DNA of 64,000 bases from the NCBI GenBank assembly GCA_036787045.1, contig DAIQQA010000007.1:1870-65869 (forward strand), written 5' to 3'. The stretch comes from Burkholderiales bacterium. GTDB taxonomy: Bacteria; Pseudomonadota; Gammaproteobacteria; Burkholderiales; SHXO01. Positions 57,155 to 64,000 of the stretch are shown in pieces. Each line of letters begins with the position of its first letter. Within the stretch, counting starts at the first letter, position 1. Under the pieces are notes generated by a model. It was not told the origin of the DNA. It ran no database searches and saw nothing but the letters and a program-made list of their open reading frames with translations. A program made the translations under genes and the position numbers.

Positions 57155-58927
57155 TCAACCCCCAAGCTCAGCGGCTCCCGCGCGCCTCCCCAAGACAGCG
57201 AACATGCGCGACAACGCATCGAGCTTCGCGTCGTCGGTGGCCAACGTATCGGAGAGGGATATGGCCCATTGCCACTGATCCAGCGACGCCGCGACTGCGA
57301 TGGCACGCACCAAGTCCTGATCGGAGACGGCCTGTGCTCCCGAACGTTGCCGCATCGCGGCCACGTCCTCTAGCGCGGCTTCGGCTCGACTGCGGTCCCC
57401 CACCTTCCAGGCGGTCTCCGCAAGCGCGACCCCGGCGTGGGACTTGGCGGGGTCGCTTCCGATCCTGGCGGCCTCCTGCGCCGCTTTGCTCAACAAGGTC
57501 TGCGCCTGGGCCGGGTCACCCAGTTTCGCAGCGACCTCGGCAACGGCAAGGAAGAGAGCGGCTCGCTCTGCCTCGCCGCGGCTTTTTTCTGCCGCTGCCA
57601 ACACGCCCTCCAATATCGCACGCCCCTGCGCGGGGTCAGCGAGCTTCCCGGCTGTCTGGGCGACACTGATGAGCACGCGAGGTCTCAGCGAGGCGTCTGC
57701 AACCTTGTCCGTCTCCTGCAGCACCCGATACATCAGGCTCCTCGCCTCGACCGGATCGCCTAGCTTTGCGCCAGCCCAGGCAACGCTCTCGAGTACCCGG
57801 ATTCTGCCAAAGTCGCTACCCACAGCCTCGGCCGAGCGCAGGGCATGCTCCGCCAGGTCTCGAACCCGCGCGGCGTCTCCCAGCTTGACTCCGGCTTCGA
57901 CCAGTGCGACCAGGAGCCAGCGGTCCTTGGCGAATTCACTGCCGATCTTGTCCGCAGCCTCGAAGACCGCCGAGAGCACCGCGCGACCCTGAGCAGGATC
58001 CCGCAGGTCCGCTGCGGCTCCGGAGACACTGGCAAGGACTCGTGCCTTCCCGAGATCGCTCGCCACGTTGTCTGTCACCCCGATGATGCTTTCCAGGACC
58101 ACGCGCCCTTGCGCGGGATCGCCGAGCCTCGCTGCACCCTGGGCGACAACGCCGAGGACACGAGCCCTGGCCAGGTCGTCATCCATCTGGTCCGCAGCCT
58201 GCAACGCACCGACCAGGAGCCCGCGCCCCTGCTCTGTGTCGCCGAGCGTGGCGGCGACCTGCGCAAGCTGGGTGAGGGCCAGGGCCTTCGTCGAGTCCGC
58301 CGCGATCCTGTCTGCCGCATCCAGCGCCTGGTTCAGCAAAGTGCTCCCCTGAGCGCCATCGCCCACCTTGCCGGCGGTTTCAGCCAGGCTGCCAAGTACG
58401 CTTGCTTTCGACGATTCCTCGGAGATCCTGCCGGTGGCGTGCCGTGCCCGGGCAAGCAGATCGCGCGCCTTGGCCGGATCGCCCAGCGTAACGGCAGCCG
58501 CTGCACCGGCGGCCAGAACGCGTGCTTTGCCGGTGTCGCTCCCGACCTTGCCTGCGGCATTCAGCACCTGGGCCAGCACGGCATGCGCCTGGGGCCGATC
58601 CAGCAGCTCCCTTGCTTTGTTCAGTATCGCGACCAGCGTGTTGACTCTGCTTTGCTCATTGCCGATCTGGCTCGCGAACTTCAGGCTGAACTGCCAATCT
58701 CCCGTCGCGAGAATGGCCTGAACGGGTTGGGGCACTGCGTCGGGGCTCTTCTCCGGCGGCGGCCCCAGAGTCGGCGCGAGCGCCAGAAGCCGACGCTCGA
58801 GCTGGAGCGCTTGATCCTCGGGACTCGCCGCCCGACCGCTCATGGTGAGCACAAGGCACAGCAGCCCAGGGATCGCGGCGCTTACCTCGTGCCGCCGGGT
58901 CTGTTTGACGCGATTCGTCGCACACAT
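57155..58927 (-). CDS. Secreted/periplasmic helical-repeat protein (about ten 40-aa HEAT/TPR-like repeats)
   Basis: About 590 aa with an N-terminal hydrophobic leader. Tandem 40-aa units with consensus LGDPAQGRxLLxxALxAAdxIxsDxxKArVLxxVAxxAAK. ATG at 58927; a TTG at 58936 overlaps the upstream stop. Confidence 0.7.
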   Translation of the reverse strand: MCATNRVKQTRRHEVSAAIPGLLCLVLTMSGRAASPEDQALQLERRLLALAPTLGPPPEKSPDAVPQPVQAILATGDWQFSLKFASQIGNEQSRVNTLVAILNKARELLDRPQAHAVLAQVLNAAGKVGSDTGKARVLAAGAAAAVTLGDPAKARDLLARARHATGRISEESSKASVLGSLAETAGKVGDGAQGSTLLNQALDAADRIAADSTKALALTQLAQVAATLGDTEQGRGLLVGALQAADQMDDDLARARVLGVVAQGAARLGDPAQGRVVLESIIGVTDNVASDLGKARVLASVSGAAADLRDPAQGRAVLSAVFEAADKIGSEFAKDRWLLVALVEAGVKLGDAARVRDLAEHALRSAEAVGSDFGRIRVLESVAWAGAKLGDPVEARSLMYRVLQETDKVADASLRPRVLISVAQTAGKLADPAQGRAILEGVLAAAEKSRGEAERAALFLAVAEVAAKLGDPAQAQTLLSKAAQEAARIGSDPAKSHAGVALAETAWKVGDRSRAEAALEDVAAMRQRSGAQAVSDQDLVRAIAVAASLDQWQWAISLSDTLATDDAKLDALSRMFAVLGRRAGAAELGG

Positions 58928-58932
58928 GGCGA

Positions 58933-59415
58933 TCAACGTTTCCCGATCGTGATGACAAGGGCTACCGGCAGCGTGACCGGGAACAGGCAGTACCTGTCGT
59001 CACAGGCCTGGTATCGCAGCGTCCCCTTCAAGGTCACCGGCTCGCCAGCCGTCGCGTTGGGCGCAACCTTGATCGGGAGGGCGATGGCGAAGGTGCCGTC
59101 GTACACCACCAGATCCTGGCTGTCCCCGCGGAGCCGCATGCGCTTGGCAGCCGGGTAGACCGGTTCCCCAACGGACACGCTTCCCGCCGCATCGATCTTG
59201 AGCGTGAGCGGGATCAGGTCCGGGTTCTCCACGGGATTTGCCTGCACGTGGTAGCCGGCCTTGACCACGACCTGAAGCACGACGTGGGTGTCCGCTCCGG
59301 GCTGCACCACGACATTGGATGGCGGCAGCACCGTAACAACCTCGATCGCGCGCGCATTGATCGGCGTGGCACCGAGCGCCGTGAGGACGGCGAGCACTGC
59401 GAGATGCCGGGGCAT
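58933..59415 (-). CDS. DsbD-N-terminal-domain-like (DsbC-type disulfide corrector fold) periplasmic protein
   Basis: 160 aa with signal peptide. GYHVQANP and the C-terminal Cys pair YQACDDRYCLFP are typical of the DsbD alpha-domain family. Confidence 0.7.
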   Translation of the reverse strand: MPRHLAVLAVLTALGATPINARAIEVVTVLPPSNVVVQPGADTHVVLQVVVKAGYHVQANPVENPDLIPLTLKIDAAGSVSVGEPVYPAAKRMRLRGDSQDLVVYDGTFAIALPIKVAPNATAGEPVTLKGTLRYQACDDRYCLFPVTLPVALVITIGKR

Positions 59416-59976
59416 CTACTGGCTCGGGAGCAACCCGTCCAGCGTTGCGCGCAGCTTGGTCAGCCTGGCATCGAAACTGGTGACGTCCTCGTTGAGCGCG
59501 AGGAAGCGGATTGTGCCTCCAGGGTCGATGATCATGAACGAGGCGATCATCACTTCTTCGCGCTTGAGGTCGGGCACGAAGTCCGGCGGCGGAGCATAGC
59601 TGGTGGTCACCTCTCCCGTGCCATCGAGCAGTACCGGGCAGCTCAGCTTGTGCCTCTTGACCCAGCCGGAAACGATGTCGGGATTCTCCGAGACGTCGAC
59701 AATGATTGCCTTGACGCCGCGCTTGCCATAGTCCTGGGTGAGCTTCTCGAAGTGCGGGGCGGCGGCGTTGCAGAATGGGCACCAGGTGGTCATGAAGCTC
59801 ACCACCACCCACTGACCCTTGAGGTCAGCGGAGCGGTAGGTGGTGCCGTCCAGGGACTCGAGCTGGAATTGCGGAGCGGGTTCGCCGATGCGGTAGTTCC
59901 AGCCCGCGGCTGCCGGGTTAGGCTGTCCAAGGAGGGTAGCGAACAGGATCACTGCCAGATGGGCAGGTCGCGGCAT
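59416..59976 (-). CDS. TlpA-family periplasmic thiol-disulfide oxidoreductase
   Basis: 186 aa, AAGGAGA SD, signal peptide, thioredoxin-fold active site WCPFC. Its stop directly abuts the next ATG (TAGATG). Confidence 0.85.
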   Translation of the reverse strand: MPRPAHLAVILFATLLGQPNPAAAGWNYRIGEPAPQFQLESLDGTTYRSADLKGQWVVVSFMTTWCPFCNAAAPHFEKLTQDYGKRGVKAIIVDVSENPDIVSGWVKRHKLSCPVLLDGTGEVTTSYAPPPDFVPDLKREEVMIASFMIIDPGGTIRFLALNEDVTSFDARLTKLRATLDGLLPSQ

Positions 59977-60223
59977 AAGGGTCTCCTTATCCGGCTCTCG
60001 ATCGGCATCGGGGGACGCGGTCTCCCAACCGTCTAGCCATGATGCGCCCGATGATCTGCGGCTGCAACGGGGAGACCTCGGCAGAGCCCGGCACCCCTGC
60101 GCGGCTGCCGATCGAGTGCATCGCGATGGCGCGAGACCGAGAAAGACGTCAACACAAGGAGCCGCCGATCCGGTCCGGTGGCTGATTGCGACAGCAACAG
60201 CAGGCGCGGCGGCATTGGCGGCC

Positions 60224-62320
60224 TCACATCAGCTCGATGACGATGTTCTCGCCCGTGTCGAGCCCGGCACGCCAGCCGGGTGGAATGACGCAGGTGGCGT
60301 CGTACTCTTCGACGATGACCGGCCCAGAGCGTGGGGTCGACAGTTCCGACCTGCGGAGCACCGGCGCTTGCATCCAACCCTTCTGCGCTCCGAAGTAGGC
60401 TAGCCGCGGCGGAGGAGGCGGCGGCTCCGATCGACTCGAATTCACGCGTTCGTGGATGCCCGCGCCGGTACCGATCCCCTGGCCCACGACTTGAATCGTG
60501 ACCAGCTCGACCGGCTCATCGGGGCCTGCTCGATGGCCGTAGGTCCTCTCGTGCTCCCGGCCGAATGCTTCCTCGAGGTACGCAACCATCGCCTGATCGA
60601 CGGGGCCTTCGGGCACAGGCACGGTCAGCTCGTAGGTCTGCCCTTGATAGTGAAGCGCCGCGTTGCGACGCAATCGGGCGCGCGCTCCGGTGAAGCCCTC
60701 GGCCGCGAGCTGCTCGGTCGCCTGCCGAGCCAACATTGCCCATGCGCGCTCGACCGCAGCGAGGTCGCACCTGCGCAGCAAGCGGCGGAAAGTTCTCCCG
60801 TAGTGGTGCTCGACATCGGCGTACAGGAGACCGAAGGACGAGAACAGCCCAGCGCACGGCGGGACAACCACGCGGCTCATGCCCAGTGCCTCCGCCATGC
60901 CGCAGGCGAACAGCGGGCCGTTCCCGCCGAACGCGAACAGCGCGAACTCGCGGGCGTCGCGGCCGCGTTCGGTCGACACGGCCTGGATGGCACGGATCAT
61001 GTTGGAGGCCGCGATTAGATGCGCCCCGTGCGCTGCCCGTTCGATCGACATTCCCATTGGCCGGGCAATAGCCTGCTCGAAGACGGCCCGCGCCTTCTCC
61101 GCATTGAGCTTCACTGCGCCACCGATCAGGTAGTGCGGATTGAGGTAACCGAGCAGGACGTTCGCGTCCGTGACTGTCGGTGTAGTGCCGCCCAAGTCGT
61201 AGCAGACCGGACCGGGATAGGCGCCAGCGCTCTCGGGGCCGATCTGAAGGCTTCCACCCGGATCGATCCACACGTGCGAGCCGCCTCCGGCACCGACCTC
61301 GGCGAGGTCGATCGCGGGCACCTTGAGCGTGTAGCCTGCACCGGTGAGCAGGCGGGAGCCGATCATGATCCCGGCGCCGACCGAGTACTCGGCAGCACGA
61401 GTGACTTCACCCTTCTCGACGACGGAGGCCTTGGCGGTCGTTCCGCCCATGTCGAAGGTGATGACGTTGGGTAGTTGCCTCGCACGCGCGTGCGCCTGTG
61501 CGCCCACCACGCCACCCGCCGGTCCGGATTCGATGATGTCCACCGGCCGGCCGGCTGCTGCAGTGTCCGTGGTCAGTCCGCCATTCGACTGCATGAGCAG
61601 CAGGCGAGCCGGAACTCCGGCGGCGTCTAGACCCTTGCGCAGTGCAGCCAAGTAAGTCGCGACGACCGGCATGACGTAGGCGTTCATCACCGTCGTGGAC
61701 GTACGCTCGTACTCCTTGATCTCCGGCAGCACTTCGTACGAGATGCTTACCGGCATGTCCGGTACCCGTCGTTTGATGATGTCGCGGATCGCCAGCTCGT
61801 GGACCGGGTTGGCATAGGAGTGGAGCAGGCACACGGCGATGGTTTCGACCCGTTCGGCCAGCAGCGCTGCCACGGCGCGTTCGGCGTCCTGCGGGTCGAG
61901 AGCCCGCTCAACGTTGCCATGCGCATCGATGCGCTCGTCGACGACTTGCCGGAGATAGCGTTCGACCAGCGGGACCGGCTTGGTCCAGGTGAGATCGTAG
62001 AGCCGGGGCATGCGCAAAGTGCGGATCTCGAGCACATCGCGAAATCCCTTGGTCGTAATGAGCCCGGTGCGCGCGCCCTTGTATTCCAGGATCGCATTCG
62101 AGGCGACCGTCGTGCCGTGGCGGATCTCCTCGATGACATCTCCGGCCAGCCCGGTCTCAGCGAAGAGCTCTTTCAGGCCCTCGACGATGGCGCGTGCGTA
62201 GTTGTCTACGCTCGAGGAGATCTTCTTGGTGTGAATGGTCCCGTCGGAGCCGAGCAGGACGATGTCGGTGAAGGTGCCGCCGATGTCGACGCCGATGCGG
62301 TAGGTGGTCATCTGCGGCAT
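60224..62320 (-). CDS. hyuA: Hydantoinase/oxoprolinase family protein, A-type (HyuA)
   Basis: YRIGVDIGGTFTDIVL N-terminus and full-length HyuA pattern. Starts at the ATG at 62320 or 62311. The track ORF start (62455) runs into the REP-like element. Confidence 0.9.
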   Translation of the reverse strand: MPQMTTYRIGVDIGGTFTDIVLLGSDGTIHTKKISSSVDNYARAIVEGLKELFAETGLAGDVIEEIRHGTTVASNAILEYKGARTGLITTKGFRDVLEIRTLRMPRLYDLTWTKPVPLVERYLRQVVDERIDAHGNVERALDPQDAERAVAALLAERVETIAVCLLHSYANPVHELAIRDIIKRRVPDMPVSISYEVLPEIKEYERTSTTVMNAYVMPVVATYLAALRKGLDAAGVPARLLLMQSNGGLTTDTAAAGRPVDIIESGPAGGVVGAQAHARARQLPNVITFDMGGTTAKASVVEKGEVTRAAEYSVGAGIMIGSRLLTGAGYTLKVPAIDLAEVGAGGGSHVWIDPGGSLQIGPESAGAYPGPVCYDLGGTTPTVTDANVLLGYLNPHYLIGGAVKLNAEKARAVFEQAIARPMGMSIERAAHGAHLIAASNMIRAIQAVSTERGRDAREFALFAFGGNGPLFACGMAEALGMSRVVVPPCAGLFSSFGLLYADVEHHYGRTFRRLLRRCDLAAVERAWAMLARQATEQLAAEGFTGARARLRRNAALHYQGQTYELTVPVPEGPVDQAMVAYLEEAFGREHERTYGHRAGPDEPVELVTIQVVGQGIGTGAGIHERVNSSRSEPPPPPPRLAYFGAQKGWMQAPVLRRSELSTPRSGPVIVEEYDATCVIPPGWRAGLDTGENIVIELM

Positions 62321-62408
62321 GTTGATCGACGTTGATAATCTGAGCCGGTACGCGAGCGACGTGAGTTCCGCCGCTTGCGTGAACACACTTTGGAATTGCC
62401 TGTCCGCC

Positions 62409-62520
62409 AACCCATCCCCACCCCAGCCCTCCCTTTGAAGGGGAGGGAGCCGCACCCCACGCTTCGCACTACGCGCAGGGTCCCTCCCCTTCAGGGGGAA
62501 GGACAGGATGGGGGTGGGTT
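62409..62520. repeat. REP-like G/C-tract multi-hairpin element
   Basis: Outer stem AACCCATCCCCACCCC ... GGATGGGGGTGGGTT encloses hairpins CCCTCCC-TTTGAAG-GGGAGGG and TCCCTCCCC-TTCA-GGGGGAAGGA. Located in the hyuB-hyuA spacer. Confidence 0.75.
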
Positions 62521-62602
62521 AGCACTGCTGCCACCCCCATGCTCGGGCCATTACCTTCTCCTCGCCGGGAGCGACATCCCAGGCGGGTCCAACATATCGA
62601 GG

Positions 62603-64000
62603 TCATTTGCTGAGGACTGGCTCGGAAGCCCGCTGCACCGTATCGGATTGCGGCTCCGACATCGGATCGAGCCACTGCACCTTCGGCACCTCGCGCCAGC
62701 CCCGCCGGGCGCGAATATCGGCGCGGCGCCGCTCGGTCGCAGCTCGGTCCACCGTCCGCGTTGCTGGGTCGATGACCACACCGTAATCGGCCGCCGCCTT
62801 CGCCGGCGACAACAGCTCGTTGCGCACGTCCTTCAACACTGCATCCGGATCGCGCTCCAAGGGATCGCCCCAGCCCCCTGCGCCCGCCAGCACGTGACGG
62901 AACACCTCGCCTTTCCTGATCGTCATGGTGAACTTGCCGGGCAGCTCCCGGTTTTCGCTGTCGGGGTTGAGATAGTTCTCCGAGGGCTGCCCCGGGCTGC
63001 CGCCGTACAGCCCGAACGGCCGATGCGTGCGGCGGTCGGAGCGTACCTGCAGTACGGCCTCTTCTTCGAGGAACCGGTAATCGCGTCGGAACGGGACCCC
63101 ACCGCGGTACTTGCCGGCACCGGCCTTGTCCGGAACGAACTCGTAGGCGAGCAGCTGAATGGGCTGCTCGGCCTCGGTCACCTCGACCGAGTGCGAGGCC
63201 ATGTTCGCGAACATGTGCGAGTTGCCGTCGAGCCCGTCTGCCCAGGGGCGCGCACCCCAGGCACCGCAGGTGAAATCGACGTAGATGAACGGCGAGCGGT
63301 CCTGATAGTACCCGCCGATGGAAACTCCGGTGTTCCCACCATCGCCAGCAGCCTTGACCTTGTCGGGAAGCATCATGGCCAGCGCCCCGAACATGCAGTC
63401 GGTCATGCGGAAGCCGGTAAGTCCGCGGGCGGCGCAGGCGGCCGGCAGCACCCCGTTGCCTACCGTGCCGGGCGGACAGATCACCTCGATCGCCCGAAAC
63501 ACGCCTTCGTTGTTCGGGATGCCCTGCGGCAGTACCGAACGTACACCCGTATATGAAGCCGCCTTGGTGTACGACAGCGTGTTGTTGATCGCGCCTTTGA
63601 CCTGCGGATGGGTGCCGGTCCAGTCGACGATCATATGGCCGCCCTTCTTCCTCAGCGTCACGAATAGCCGGATCGGCTGGCCGTAGTCGATGCCGTCGTC
63701 GTCGATCCAGTCCTCGAAGCTCCATTCGCCGTCCGGCAGTTTCTCAAGCGCTGCGCGCGTGAGGCGCTCGGCGTAGTCGATGGTCTCCTGCATGTAGAGC
63801 CGGGTCTGCTCCGGACCGTACTTCGCCACCAGCTCGCGGAATTGCTTCTCAGCGATGTGGCAAGCCGCCAACTGCGCGCGCAGATCGCCGAAGACCTTGA
63901 CGGGGAGCCGGACGTTCTTCTCGATGAAGGCGACCAGGGTCTCGTTGCGCTTGCCAGCTTCGAAGAACTTCAGCGGCGGAATGCGCAGGCCCTCGGCGTA
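62603..64000 (-). CDS. hyuB: Hydantoinase B/oxoprolinase family protein (HyuB), 5' end outside window
   Basis: HyuB pattern (VFGDLRAQLAACHIAEK ..., GGYYQDRSPFIYVDFTCGAWGARP, GGWGDPLERDP). My manual translation shows the frame stays open from 63871 to the window edge. Confidence 0.85.
   Translation of the reverse strand, partial: YAEGLRIPPLKFFEAGKRNETLVAFIEKNVRLPVKVFGDLRAQLAACHIAEKQFRELVAKYGPEQTRLYMQETIDYAERLTRAALEKLPDGEWSFEDWIDDDGIDYGQPIRLFVTLRKKGGHMIVDWTGTHPQVKGAINNTLSYTKAASYTGVRSVLPQGIPNNEGVFRAIEVICPPGTVGNGVLPAACAARGLTGFRMTDCMFGALAMMLPDKVKAAGDGGNTGVSIGGYYQDRSPFIYVDFTCGAWGARPWADGLDGNSHMFANMASHSVEVTEAEQPIQLLAYEFVPDKAGAGKYRGGVPFRRDYRFLEEEAVLQVRSDRRTHRPFGLYGGSPGQPSENYLNPDSENRELPGKFTMTIRKGEVFRHVLAGAGGWGDPLERDPDAVLKDVRNELLSPAKAAADYGVVIDPATRTVDRAATERRRADIRARRGWREVPKVQWLDPMSEPQSDTVQRASEPVLSK

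Overview
GC-rich proteobacterial chromosomal window. The backbone order ubiK-glnK-amtB ... gshA-gshB-PTS EIIA-ptsH-ptsI looks Burkholderiales/Betaproteobacteria-like, but that taxonomic call is inference from memory. I support 55 protein-coding genes. I found no rRNA, tRNA, CRISPR array, transposase or integrase. Contents in order: (1) two YceI-like genes plus cytochrome b561, then ubiK and glnK-amtB with a sigma-54 promoter. (2) A C1 block: fhs, a ModE-like/PBP regulator and NAD-linked formate dehydrogenase fdsGBAD. (3) An RraA-like gene, an orphan TRAP binding protein and an XRE-cupin regulator. (4) An 8-gene minus-strand cluster that interleaves sarcosine-oxidase-like subunits (B, D, A, G) with split glutamate-synthase-like proteins and a type III GS/GmaS-like ligase. 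It resembles the N-methylglutamate pathway but has an extra GltD-like fusion protein. (5) Housekeeping genes: gshAB, PTS EIIA/HPr/EI, holA, proA, lpdA, nudC, GST, nadE. (6) An acyl-CoA module, two tandem ABC-type binding-protein paralogs, and a TlpA/DsbD-N/40-aa-repeat periplasmic operon. (7) hyuB-hyuA, with hyuB truncated by the window edge. The most unusual signal is non-coding. At least 12 two-armed intergenic elements and 2 lone arms share a foldback-like architecture: a cap, then 2-4 tandem 7-9 nt purine-rich units, a unique core, then the inverted copy. Each two-armed element starts within about 21 nt of a stop codon and fills an operon spacer. I do not recognise this as a described bacterial repeat family. 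All protein calls were made by eye from family-typical motifs, with no searches run. Many long antisense ORFs in the supplied track are GC-driven shadow ORFs.
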